From positions 806,001 to 870,000 of the forward strand of contig VJWM01000117.1 in NCBI GenBank assembly GCA_010909165.1: a stretch of DNA of 64,000 bases, read 5' to 3'. The stretch's first letter is position 1. Each line of letters opens with the position of its first letter. The notes beneath the pieces are model-generated. The model saw only the letters and a program-made list of their open reading frames with translations, was not told the origin of the DNA and did no database searches. Both the position numbers and the translations under genes were made by a program. Source of the DNA: Anthoceros angustus. Taxonomy: Eukaryota; Plantae; Anthocerotophyta. Shown here piece by piece: positions 12,316 through 25,269 of the stretch.

Positions 12316-15300
12316 TTTTTAAATTGTAAAAAAAATTGTATATTTTATTGTTAAATATTTATGTATTCAATAAACGGCATACATAACTTTTCATCCATTA
12401 AGATATATAGATTGTTTAATATTTTATATTATAACAATAACTCGTAAAACTATTTTTCCCTAGTGTTGGTGCTGAAAATTAAAACTAAAACTAAAAAATC
12501 AAGATACTTTAAAATCAAAGTAAAGTTAGTAAAACTTGCTTAGGGTAGGCTTGAAGTACCTATGTAATAGGTTAAGAAGCCCTAGAGAAAGAGTTCTTCA
12601 CACTTCATTTGCTTGGAATGACGCAATCAGGAGTCTGTGGGGACCTAGAGTCGTTCATGAAAAGGCCCCGGGGCAATGTGGCAATCAGGAGTCTATGGGG
12701 ACCTAGGGTGCGAAGCTAGAAGGAAACCTCGCCTTGTGTTGAGAGCTAGTCTAAGAGTCGTTGTTGAAAGACGAGGCCCCAATGAAGAGCTAGTTTTGCG
12801 ATTGTCCTAGGGCTGCGAGGCTAGAAGGAAGCATCGCCTTGTGTTGAGAGCTAATCTAAGAGTCATTCTTAAAGACGAGGGCCCCCGGGCAATGAAGAGC
12901 TAGTCTATGTTGAGAGCTAATCTAAGAGTTGTTCTTGAAAGACGAGGGCCCCGGGGCAATGAAGAGCTAGTCTGCAGTTGTCCTTGGGCCCTAGGGCAAT
13001 GAAGAGCTATGAAGAGCTAGTCTGCGAGGCTAGAAGGAAGCCTCGCCTTGTGTTGAGAGCTAATCTTGTGTTGAGAGCTAATCTAAGAGTCGTTCTTGAA
13101 AGGCAGGCCACAGGGCAATGAAGAGCTAGTCCGAGGTTGCCCTTGGGCCCCTAGGACAATGAAGAGCTAGTGCAGTTGTCCTTGAGAGACAACAGTGCAC
13201 TGTTGTAAATATGTAGGACAATGAAGAGCTAGTGCGGTTGTCCTTGGGCCCTAGGGCAATGAAGAGCTATGAAGAGCTAGTCTCAGGCTAGAAGGAAGCC
13301 TCGCCTTGTGTTGAGAGCTAATCTTGTGTTGAGAGCTAATCTAAGAGTCGTTCTTGAAAGACAGGCCACGGGGCAATGAAGAGCTAGTCCGAGGTTGCCC
13401 TTGGGCCCCTAGGACAATGAAGGCTAGTCCGCAGTTGTCCTTGAGAGACAACAGTGCGTCAGAAATATGTAGGACAATGAAGAGCTAGTCTCAGTTGTCC
13501 TTGAGAGATAACATGCTAGTTAGCGTAAATCGTAGTGTAGTTTTAAGGTTGTTTTAAATTGTAAAAAAATTGTATATTTTATTGTTAAATATTTTATGTA
13601 TTCAATAAACGGCATACATAACTTTTCATCCATTAAGATATATAGATTGTTTAATATTTTATATTATAACAATAACTCGTGAAACTATTTTTCCCTAGTG
13701 TTGGTGCTGAAAATTAAAACTAAAACTAAAAATCAAGATACTTTAAAATCAAAGTAAAGTTAGTAAAACTTGCTTAGGTAGGTAGGCTTGAAGTACCTAT
13801 GTAATAGGTTAAAGCCCTAGAGAAAGAGTTCTTCACACTTCATTTGCTTGGAATGACGCAATCAGAGTCCGTGGGGACCTAGAGTCGTTCATGAAAAGGC
13901 CCCGTGGCAATGTGGCAATCAGGAGTCTATGGGGACCTAGGGTGCGAAGCTAGAAGGAAACCTCGCCTTGTGTTGAGAGCTAGTCTAAGAGTCGTTGTTG
14001 AAAGACGAGGCCCCGGCAATGAAGAGCTAGTTTTGCGATTGTCCTAGGGCTGCGAGGCTAGAAGGAAGCATCGCCTTGTGTTGAGAGCTAATCTAAGAGT
14101 CATTCTTAAAGACGAGGGCCCCGCAATGAAGAGCTAGTCATGTTGAGAGCTAATCTAAGAGTTGTTCTTGAAAGACGAGGGCCCCGGGGCAATGAAGAGC
14201 TAGTCTGCAGTTGTCCTTGGGCCCTAGGGCAATGAAGAGCTATGAAGAGCTAGTCTCAGGCTAGAAGGAAGCCTCGCCTTGTGTTGAGAGCTAATCTTGT
14301 GTTGAGAGCTAATCTAAGAGTCGTTCTTGAAAGGCAGGCCACAGGGCAATGAAGAGCTAGTCGAGGTTGCCCTTGGGCCCCTAGGACAATGAAGAGCTAG
14401 TCTGCGGTTGTCCTTGAGAGACAACAGTGCGTGGCGTAAATATGTAGGACAATGAAGAGCTAGTCTGCAGTTGTCCTTGAGAGATAACATGCTAGTTAGC
14501 GCTGTAAATCTGTAGTGTAGTTTTAAGGTTGTTTTGTAACAGTTGTCCCTAGAAGACAAATGGCTACTTGGAGGTGTCGTTTTGCTTCTGGTGTACAAGG
14601 GTTGTCTGCTATGTAGTTTTGAGGCTGTTGTGAAACGGTTGTCCTTAGAAAACATATGGCTACTCAGAGGTGTAGTTTTGCATCTGGTGTATAAGGGTTG
14701 TCTGGCGTTCTAGTGTGTAAGGGTTGTTTGGTGTTCTGGTGTTTAAGGGTTGTCTGGCTTGTAAGGGTTTTCTTGTGTGCAAGGGTTTTCCGCATAAGGG
14801 TTATCTAATGTGTAAGGTTTGTTTGGTGTGCAAGGGTTTTCTGCTTCTACTATATCAGGGTTGTCTAAGTACGTGCAAGGGTTGTCGAGAGTACAAGGGT
14901 TGTCGAGAGGGACAGTTCTCCGATTGATGTATAAGAGTTGTCCTTAAAAAGACTACGGGCTATCTAAAGGTGTAGTTCAGACGACATCTGGTGAGTTGGT
15001 TCTTTTGTATGTCTGTCGGACCATGATTGAACTACGCGAAAATGGTTATGACCTGTGCTCTTTGGCTCACCTGCTCAATCATGGGTAACCACCCAACACT
15101 AGGCTTGAAGTACCTATGTAATAGGTTAAGAAGCCCTAGAGAAAGAGTTCTTCACACTTCATTTGCTTGGAATGACGCAATCAGGAGTCTGTGGGGACCT
15201 AGAGTCGTTCATGAAAAGGCCGGCAATGTGGCAATGTGAGTCTATGGGGACCTAGGGTTAGAAGGAAACCTCGCCTTGTGTTGAGAGCTAGTCTAAGAGT

Positions 15301-16375
15301 CGTTGTTGAAAGACGAGGGCCCCGGGGCAATGAAGAGCTAGTTTGCAGTTGTCCTAGGGCCTGCGAGGCTAGAAGGAAGCATCGCCTTGTGTTGAGAGCT
15401 AATCTAAGAGTCATTCTTAAAGACGAGGGCCCCCGGGCAATGAAGAGCTAGTCTATGTTGAGAGCTAATCTAAGAGTTGTTCTTGAAAGACGAGGGCCCC
15501 GGGGCAATGAAGAGCTAGTCTGCAGTTGTCCTTGGGCCCTAGGGCAATGAAGAGCTATGAAGAGCTAGTCTGCGAGGCTAGAAGGAAGCCTCGCCTTGTG
15601 TTGAGAGCTAATCTTGTGTTGAGAGCTAATCTAAGAGTCGTTCTTGAAAGACAGGGCCCTGGGGCAATGAAGAGCTAGTCTGAGGTTGCCCTTGGGCCCC
15701 TAGGACAATGAAGAGCTAGTCTGCAGTTGTCCTTGAGAGACAACAGGGTACGTAGCGCTGTAAATATGTAGGACAATGAAGAGCTAGTCTGCAGTTGTCC
15801 TTGAGAGATAACATGCTAGTTAGCGCTGTAAATCTGTAGTGTAGTTTTAAGGTTGTTTTGTAACAGTTGTCCCTAGAAGACAAATGGCTACTTGGAGGTG
15901 TCGCTTGCTCGTGTACAAGGGTTGTCTATGTAGTTTTTGAGGTCATAGAAACTGGTCCTAGAAAACATATGGCTACTCGAGGTGTAGTTTTGCATCCGTG
16001 TATAAGGGTTGTCTCGCTCTAGTGTGGGGTTGTTTTGTTCGTGTTTAAGGGTTGTCTCGCTTGTAAGGGTTTTCTTGTGTGCAAGGGTTTTCCATAAGGG
16101 TTATCTAATGTAAGGTTGTTTGGTGCAAGGGTTTTACGCTACTATATCGTGGTTGTCTGCACGGGTTGTCGAGAGTACAAGGTTGTCGAGGGACAGTCCG
16201 ATTGATGTATAAGAGTTGTCCTTAAAAGACTACGGGCTATCTAAAGGTGTAGTTCGGGACGACATCCGTGAGTTGGTTCTTTTGTATGTCCGGACCATGA
16301 TTGAACCACGAAAAAAAGACTGTGCTCTTTGGCTCACCTGCTCAATCATGGGTAACCACCCAACACTAGGCTTCT
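12316..16375. repeat. Higher-order minisatellite/satellite block (three ~1.2-1.5-kb copies built from GCAATGAAGAGCTAG and TGTGTTGAGAGCTAATCTAAGAG subunits)
   Basis: AT-rich leader repeated at 12316 and 13551; core TAGGCTTGAAGTACCTATGTAATAGG restarts at ~12546, ~13783 and ~15100; the 14500-15100 AAGGGTTGTCT tract is repeated at 15830-16370. Confidence 0.9.
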
Positions 16376-17377
16376 GAGTGCGTTTCTGAGTGCTTAGCAG
16401 ACATAGCTGTAGGCTCCCAAGTATGTACATAGCTAGTCAATTCTTCAAGCAGACGAGATACTTCTTTCACACTTCATCAGCGTCGGATATGGCAGTCATG
16501 AGGCTATGGAACCGAGAGTGCAGGTAAGAATGGAGCCTTCCCTTGTGTTCAAAGCTTAGGAGGAGAGGATTGTGTGGGGGAGTCTAGCTACTGCAGAGAT
16601 GGGTAGCACTGGCGAGGTAGGAAGGGAGCCTTGCCTTATGTTCAAAGCTTAGGAGGAGAGATTGTATGGGGAAGTCTAGCTAGGTGCATCGATGGGTAGC
16701 ACTCTCTCCATCTCCAACTGCAGGAGCTACTTGGAAGTGTAGTTTGGCGTTTGATGCGTAAGAGCTGTTCTTTTTTTGTGTGCGTGCCTAACCATGATTG
16801 AACTAAGCGGAAATGGTCATTACTTGTGCCTTCCGCTCACCTGCTCAATCATGCATAGACACGTAAGCAATAAAAGCACAGCCCATCACGCATCAAACGC
16901 AACACTAGGCTTCGAAGTACCTAGCAAACATAGTTTTTGAGTGCATGGCTAACCATGATTGAACCGAGCCCCAAATGGTTATTCATTATTTGTGCCTATT
17001 GCTCACCTGCACAATCATGCATAGGTACCAAACGTTACACTAGCATTCCAAGTACCTAGTAAACATAACTTTATCTTCCAAGCAGGTAGCCATCTTACGA
17101 AGGATGACTCGTAGACCACTTCCCTCGGGGAAGACGACCAGTTCTGTCCAATATTATTCTTTATTGTAAGGTATTATTTTTCACTACTAATAATGAAAAG
17201 TGCAGTAAGGTGTTACAGAGGCTCGCCCATCTAAGCTAATCTTCTCTTCCCAAGTTCTCATACATACATACGGACCACATTTCAAAATGTAGGGTGATTT
17301 TCGAAAAAGTTCTCATACGAGTGAGTCTACATACCACAGAGTAGAGTGTACGTAGCTACTAAAAGGTATGTACGTAG

Positions 17378-18757
17378 TCACTTTGGTTTGAAAGTGTCAC
17401 CAAGATAATATTTCTTGACGTTGGTGTCATCGTAGAGCACATGTGGTTCCCCAGATGCCATGACCTGGCCTTGGTGCACCATGTAGGCACGATTGCAGAT
17501 TCTCAACGTCTCAGTCACCTGCACAGCACATCAGAGTGGGCTCACAAAGAGCACTTCCGACGTCCAGCATGATGAACAAACAACAGGACCAGGAGCTGGC
17601 ATACATTGTGGTCGGTGATGAGAATCCCCATTCCCTTGACATCACGGAGCCGCTGGAGTTGCCGCTGCATCTCGCTGACACCAATGGGATCAACCTGCAA
17701 GCATGAAAGACTGCCATGATAGAGAAGATGGGCAGAAAGCAGGGCCACAATGCTGCAGGCAAGATACCCCTGGTTACCCCAGCAAAAGGCTCGTCCAGCA
17801 GGAGTATCTTGGGGGGGCCTCCTGCACAGTTAGATGCCAACACCCGAGCTAGCTCCTGCACAGTTGTGGCGGTAAGTGTGGTCAGCATGGGCATCAGCAT
17901 CGCTCGGTGGCAGTGAATGAAAGAGTACCTGCAACTTACTGCCCTACGACGTTCTCCTCCAGACAGGCTTCTCCCATGGGTCTTGTGAACATGCTGGAGG
18001 CAGCATTCTGCCAGCAAGTCCTGTTAGAGGCCAGGCCCACGAGCAGAATGTACCTTACGTCGAACACACCCACAGAAGGGATGGTGTGGTACCCGAGACA
18101 TACGAGAAGGAAACTCACCTGCAGCCGTTGCTCATGCTCGTCTGGAGGCACACCGGTTTCTTGCAGAATGAGCAGGATGTTGTCACGGACTGAGAGCCCC
18201 TTGAACACGCTGGATTCCTGTAGAAACAGAGTGTGGGCTCGTCTGAGTCACCTTGGCCGGCAAAGGTGATGAGCACATGGCAAACCTGGTGGTGGTGATA
18301 GTGACGGCATACCATGGCAGGCATGGCATACCTGCGGCATGTAGCCTATTCCCAACTGGGCTCGTCGCTGCAAAGAGAGATCGGTGATGTCCAGAGCCTC
18401 CCATAACACTCTGCCTCTGGTGGGTCGGTCTCTGCCCACCAGCATGTTGAAGGTGGTGCTCTTGCCAGCTCCATTCGGGCCTACGAGCCCTACCTGACAG
18501 ACAGAAGCCCAGTCGGCTGCCAGTCAAGCTGCTGCTAACAAGCGATGGGTATGGCCATGGCAAGGGGAATGGTAATGCGACGGGCAACGGGACCGTGAGG
18601 AATCGTGACTGCGGCAATGTCTTACCACTTCACCTTGCTTCACCGCAATCGAGACGCGATCCACTACGATTCTGTCGCCAAAAGCCTTGCTCACCTCCTC
18701 CATCCGCAGTCCAGCGCCATCAGCTATTGGGCTGCTGGGAATCAGAGTCTGCAGCAT
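17378..18757 (-). CDS. lptB: LptB-like ABC ATPase (LPS/lipid export ATPase, cyanobacterial type), 7 exons, ~260 aa
   Basis: Exons 18757-18626, 18493-18332, 18217-18119, 18020-17940, 17855-17778, 17694-17605, 17518-17378 splice in frame through six GT-AG introns. Walker A GPNGAGKST, Q-loop GIGYMPQE, LSGGERRR, LLLDEPFAGVDP, ITDHNVTETL, C-terminal KKYYLGDTF. True start codon uncertain. Confidence 0.85.
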
Positions 18758-19430
18758 ACTTGAAGCAGGATGCCAGGCGGCGGTGTTGGGGCTGGAATTC
18801 CTGCATGCAGGGGACCACAACAATGATCAAGCGTGGCGGGGGCCAGAAGATCGTGTCAAGGCTGCTTCCAAGCAGACCCAGACATTTCTCATCTCTGCGG
18901 GCTCCGGTGGCCGAGAACCGCACAATAGGCGGTGAGTGTGCTGCCTTGTGGTGAGTGCTTCATGCTTTGCAGTCGTTTTTCTCGTCTCGGAATCTGATGG
19001 GTAGGAAGCTGGATTGCAGTGGAGCCGAGTCAGCGGGACGCGCTGTGGCGAAAATTCGTGGCCAACCCTACGCTGTGGTGGGACACCAGGTCGAACAAGG
19101 TATGCAGAGCTTGCCGTGCAACCTGGTGGAAGAGACGGGCTGGGCAGCGGTGGGCCTGATTTTTTGCCACCCTTGCAGCGCAGCCGCAGTTATCCTGACT
19201 TCGTGCACAGCGCAACCAGAGAGGCCTTGTGGGTCGATTCCCAACCTGCGTGGGTGGAGGAGGTTCGATCAGCAAAGATTTTGTCCGACCAAGCTGGATT
19301 TGTTGGCTCTCAGGATTCTGAAAGGTGACCCACTTTCCCATCCGCTTTCTGCATGTTTTGGTGATGGTAAACGTGTCTGGCAGCATGGTGTGGCTGCTAA
19401 AGTGTGTGAGGTTACCTTTCTTTCCTTTTG

Positions 19431-21302
19431 ATGACCACGGCCTCAAATCTTTGCAGGGTGGCATGGTGTGAGGCTCCTCTGGAGCTCGGAAGCTGGACCA
19501 AGCTCTGCGAGCAGGGGCATCTGAGGGAGGCAGTTGATGCATTGGACCTCCTAGTGCAACGGGTGTCGTTCGTTCCAGCATCTCTCTTCTACAATGTGCT
19601 CAAGGGGTGCATTGCAAGAAAGGATTTGGTGTCCGGCAGGCACGTCCATGCACTGTCGCTTAAATGTGGACATGAGTCCAACACATTTCTGGCCAACCAC
19701 TTCATCCGCATGTATTCCTCTCATGGGAGGTTGCAGGAGGCGATGCAGGTGTTTCACAAGCTGGCTGCACCGAATACCTTCACATGGTCCTTTGTCATCT
19801 TGGCACATGCAGAACATGGGCAGCCTGGTCGAGCCATAGAGCTGTACCATCAGATGATGCAGACGTCGAGTCTGAAGCCGGACAATCATGTATTCTCGGC
19901 AGTCCTGAAGGCATGTGTAGGTGCTGCGGATCTGGCAGCTGGCAAGCTCGTTCACGCTGATGTTCTAGGGAATGGGACGGAGCCGAATGTTTTCGTCTCC
20001 AACTGTCTGGTGGACATGTATGCAAAATGTGGCAGCTTAGTGGATGCTCGCCGCGTGTTTGATAGCTTGCCCACGAGAGATGTGGTGACATGGAATGCAA
20101 TGATATCTGGGTACACCCAGCATGGGCTTGGTCAGGAAGCCCTTGCCCTTTATGCCAGTATGCAAGATGAAGGTGTCACCGCTGCCACAAATTTCACTTA
20201 CTCGTGCCTTCTGAAAGCATGTGCGAGCGTTGGTGCATTGCAGCAGGGGAAGCAGCTTCACTTCCAAATCCAGGAAAGGGGGCTGGAAGGGGATGTGGTG
20301 GTGGGCAACAGCCTGGTGGACATGTACTCCAAATGTGGGAGCCTGGACGATGCTCGGAGAGTGTTCGACAGACTGCCCAGAAAAGATGTGGTCACTTGGA
20401 ATGCTTTGCTGAATGGCTACGGCCAGCACAATGCAGGCCAAATGGCAGTCAAGTGTTTCAGAGAAATGCAACAGCATGGGGTCGGGCCTGACGATGCCAC
20501 TTTCATCTGTCTGCTGGTGGCGTGCAGTCACCAGGGGCTGGTGACACAGGGTCAGCAGTATTTCCGAATGATGGTGGAAGACCATGGCATCACTCCTGCT
20601 GCCTGTCACTACAACTGCATGGTGGATGTTCTTGCGCGGGCAGGCCACCTGGACGAGGCCGAAAAGCTGCTGCTGGGTGTCCCATTCAACACGACTGTAG
20701 CAGGGTGGACATCCTTGCTAACTGCCTGCAGAAGCCACGGGGACGTCGACCGTGGCAGACGGTGCTTCGACCGCCTCATCCTACTGGAACCTCAGTATGC
20801 AGGTGCTTACGTCCTCATGTTGAACATCTATGCTAATGCTGGCAGGTGGCAAGACGTGGACAGCATCGAGAACCTGAGAAAGCTCACAGGTGCCTGCAAG
20901 AAGCCTGCTAGGGCCTGGATCGAGGTGGGGAGCAAGGTCCATGCATTCGTCGTGGGTGAAGAGAGGGACGACCTTTCCTCCAGACTGAAGAGTGCGAATC
21001 TGCAGCTGAAAGAGGAGGGAGGCCATGTCCCACATACAGACCTCGTGCTCAGGCCTGTGCCCGAGCAAGAGAAGGAAGATGCCCTGTGTGGACATGCCGA
21101 GAAGCTTGCTTTGGCATTTGGGCTGCTCAACACTGCTGATGGCACACCTTTGCTGGTAACGAAGAATCTTCGAATGTGTGATGACTGTCACAGTGGAACC
21201 AAGATCATGTCCCGGGTCGAGAAGCGTGAGATCATAGTGCGAGATGCTCACCGTGTTCATCGCTTTGTAGAAGGATGCTGTTCCTGTGGCGATGGCCACT
21301 AG
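19431..21302 (+). CDS. PLS-class PPR protein with DYW:KP deaminase-like domain (candidate U-to-C RNA editing factor)
   Basis: PLS repeats, E domain, KKPARAWIEV (KPAxA in place of the PG box), HAEKLA zinc motif, KNLRMCDDCH, ends CSCGDGH*. An upstream exon probably exists (donor ~19325, acceptor ~19456). Confidence 0.9.
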   Translation: MTTASNLCRVAWCEAPLELGSWTKLCEQGHLREAVDALDLLVQRVSFVPASLFYNVLKGCIARKDLVSGRHVHALSLKCGHESNTFLANHFIRMYSSHGRLQEAMQVFHKLAAPNTFTWSFVILAHAEHGQPGRAIELYHQMMQTSSLKPDNHVFSAVLKACVGAADLAAGKLVHADVLGNGTEPNVFVSNCLVDMYAKCGSLVDARRVFDSLPTRDVVTWNAMISGYTQHGLGQEALALYASMQDEGVTAATNFTYSCLLKACASVGALQQGKQLHFQIQERGLEGDVVVGNSLVDMYSKCGSLDDARRVFDRLPRKDVVTWNALLNGYGQHNAGQMAVKCFREMQQHGVGPDDATFICLLVACSHQGLVTQGQQYFRMMVEDHGITPAACHYNCMVDVLARAGHLDEAEKLLLGVPFNTTVAGWTSLLTACRSHGDVDRGRRCFDRLILLEPQYAGAYVLMLNIYANAGRWQDVDSIENLRKLTGACKKPARAWIEVGSKVHAFVVGEERDDLSSRLKSANLQLKEEGGHVPHTDLVLRPVPEQEKEDALCGHAEKLALAFGLLNTADGTPLLVTKNLRMCDDCHSGTKIMSRVEKREIIVRDAHRVHRFVEGCCSCGDGH

Positions 21303-21381
21303 CAATGTGAGCATGAACCTCACATTGCTCTTGCTGCTGCAAATCTTGCATCTTCGACAAGCTCAAGAGTTGTCGAACGTT

Positions 21382-21493
21382 GACTGTGGAACCAAGATCT
21401 TGTCTCTAGTTGAGAAACGTGATCATAGTGCGGGATGCACGCCGGGTTCTTGGCTTTGTAGAAGCATGCTGTTCCAGTGGCGATGGCCACTAC
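21382..21493 (+). repeat. Tandem degenerate duplication of the last ~120 bp of the DYW:KP coding sequence
   Basis: GACTGTGGAACCAAGATC..GATCATAGTGCG..GTGGCGATGGCCACTA matches 21183-21301. Confidence 0.8.
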
Positions 21494-21511
21494 TATGTTC
21501 CATGTTCTATG

Positions 21512-21666
21512 TTTAGGGTTTAGGGTTTAGGGTTTAGGGTTTAGGGTTTAGGGTTTAGGGTTTAGGGTTTAGGGTTTAGGGTTTAGGGTTTAGGGTTTAG
21601 GGTTTAGGGTTTAGGGTTTAGGGTTTAGGGTTTAGGGTTTAGGGTTTTAGGGTTTAGGGTTTAGGG
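21512..21666 (+). repeat. Interstitial telomeric repeat (TTTAGGG)22
   Basis: 22 units, one TTTTAGGG variant; non-telomeric sequence on both sides. Confidence 0.97.
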
Positions 21667-21689
21667 TTCTATGGCCACTACACGACAGT

Positions 21690-22190
21690 GTCTATGAGCA
21701 CGTTATCCTCAACCCCCAAGTTGGGCGGCGAAAGGCTACGCGACGTCCAAGGTCCACAAGTACTCTCTTATGTAGAACGACCACACTTTTATCCCCTTGC
21801 TTTCAAAACTCACATGGCTATGGGTTAGGACTCTCGAAGTTCCTTAAGGCCTGTGCTAAGGCTTACCACGATCGCAGGAATGGGGTTGGTCTCCCCCTTT
21901 CTTGTATTGTGTCTTTCTTCATGCAACGGGTGTCCATCGCCCTGTACAGGGCGTTGGCGAATACGGTATACAGAACGATGACTTGCGCAGGGGAGGCGGC
22001 TTCTTCGTCGGCGGTGGTAGGTAGGCCCTTTCTTATTCCCGATCACGATATTCTTAGGGCGGTAGGTAGTTTTGAGACGATCGCGGGAGTTAGTCCCCTT
22101 TGGCCTGGTGCCCTTTGTTGGGTTGACCCCTTTTTTTTCGGTGTAGGTGGTGTTTTTTCCATCTCTTTTCTTTCTACATAAAGTCTCCCC
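21690..22190 (+). mobile_element. 5'-truncated RLE/CRE-like non-LTR retrotransposon 3' end
   Basis: Frameshifted translation WAAKGYATSKVHKYS..HTFIPLAF.TH.AMG..KFLKACAKAY..FFMQRVSIALYRALANTVYR, resembling the AA..A..K..KY / F.P.AFET.G / QR.S.ALQR tail of restriction-like-endonuclease elements; T-rich 3' end. Confidence 0.6.
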
Positions 22191-24143
22191 CAATTCTTTG
22201 AGCAATTTGCTCTTCACATTTGTCTAGTGAGACACAAATGTTTTTTGTCTGATCTGAACTTTTTACCTGAATAACCAAGAGTGTAGCAGTAGTGTTTGAG
22301 TCATTTCAATACGTGATCGATCTCCTAACACAAGGTGTTTAATAACACAGGTTTGTGAGACCATTCCAGTACAACAGATGCCCAAGGCAGCTACCGGTGT
22401 CCTCACACCCTGTCATCCCGGAAGTGAACTCGGAGGTGTTGCAAGTTCGGCCTTCGGATCAAGACGTAGTGAGCCCCTTGCCCCCTTGGTTGAAATAGGG
22501 CTGAGAATTCTTTGGATGGTGGTTCATTGGTTAGGGGTTGTTTGTAGGACACTTGTTCGATGTGAGAACGAGTGGAGTATTGAAAAGCACAGCGATAAAA
22601 AGAAGCACGTATTTATTCTTTTGAGGCTTTAATATTTGATAGATCAATAAATAAGAAAGTAGGTTCGTATGGTGGACACGAAAATTGTAATCATGAGGGT
22701 GTTTACTTGTAGCACAATTGTGCCATGGGAGCAAGTGGTGTTATTGGAAAGCTCTTACACAAACGAGTATGTAGAGTTAGAAAATGAAAGTCATGTCTCA
22801 AACTTAGAAGTTGCACATTTCAGTGTTGTATTGATAATGTTGCAGTCTATTCACATCAAAGATGCTAAGATGACAATGGTGCTCAACCTCCACTTACAAG
22901 AACGTTGGATGTGTACCTTACCTCTCCTAAACCTAGAGGGGCCTCAAGTTAGTTTAGTGTGGTTAAAAGAAAGCCTCAAAAGGGGTCAGTCCCTGTTGCT
23001 TAGGGGTAGGGTGGTTTTCCATGCATGAGACCATACAGTACAAAACTTGCGTCACCTCAATTTACTTCACGCAACATGGTTTTAGTACTACTTTGTTGCT
23101 AAAAAGGATATTGAAACAATATTAAATTGATTTAGTTGTGTTTTTAGTAATACTTTGTTGTTGTTGCAATCAATTCACTATTGTCTCTATCTTCTTTTCA
23201 GCAATAAAGTAGTGTTAAAAACGATATGTCATCTAAATAGATTGAAATATCATCAATACAATACTAAAACATACAACTTTCTAAGTTCAAGATGCATTCA
23301 CGGAATCATTGCAAAAATCTTTGTTGCCCCGAGTCTTGTTCGATAATGACTTCATCTCCGAACAAGACTCTGGCCATCCTTCAAGCGTCCCGTGAGCTGC
23401 ATAATGCTTTTTCCGGTCTTCTCAAACACCTATCGCTTTTTAGTAAAAAAGATGACACCGTTCGTGACTATGACTCAAAGTTATCTTTCAATTTCCTTGG
23501 CTAGCAGGTGGTTCTTGTGGAAGATTGTGAATTTCGATAAAACTAAGAAGATAAAAGCTAACCTTCTATCTTGCAGATACAATCCTATTCTGTTAGATAC
23601 CTAGAATGCAAAATCTAATACCATCAAACGGCTGTCATACATCCAGGCATCTCGTCACACTCTCATATGACCTTGTTGTCGACCGACATTACCTTTCTGA
23701 AGTATATGAAGACTTGCAGCTTGTTTGTGGAAAAAAGCCCTGCAACTTGTTTCTAAAATAATATGGGTACATAGATCTAACCCTTACACCCTTCCCGCTT
23801 CGAAAGCACAAGCTGTGATACAGTCTCTAAATTTCTACCAAGGTGCTACTAAGGGGCATTATGTTCAGTTGTCCCTCCTCCGCCACGACTTCTAGTTATC
23901 TTCATTTTGTCTTCTTTAACAATCATATAAACAATTTGTTTGCTGCAAAGCCACAGAAACAAAAGTAAAATACTCTTGGGTGTCGGATTTCAAGGGATAA
24001 GGGAGGAGTGGACAACAATGGGTATGTTATCAATCAATTTGATTTCGCTATCTGTTCAAAACTCGAGGTTGGTTGGCACCTCATCCAAGTACTGATCCGA
24101 CCCAAGGATGCTTAACTGTGGAGTTCTTGTGTCCGAGCTATCT

Positions 24144-25250
<1,107 letters not shown>

Positions 25251-25269
25251 CTTCAGCCACATGGAGGCT

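Noticed and set aside
12640-15830. CRISPR-like repeat/spacer appearance of GCAATGAAGAGCTAG
   Set aside because: Intervening sequences are themselves repeated and irregular in length, no cas genes, eukaryotic context.
17378-18757. Bacterial contamination as source of lptB
   Set aside because: Six spliceosomal introns and plant genes on both sides.
21512-21666. True chromosome end or scaffold join
   Set aside because: Short array with locally duplicated flanks, and the downstream sequence continues the local duplicated unit.
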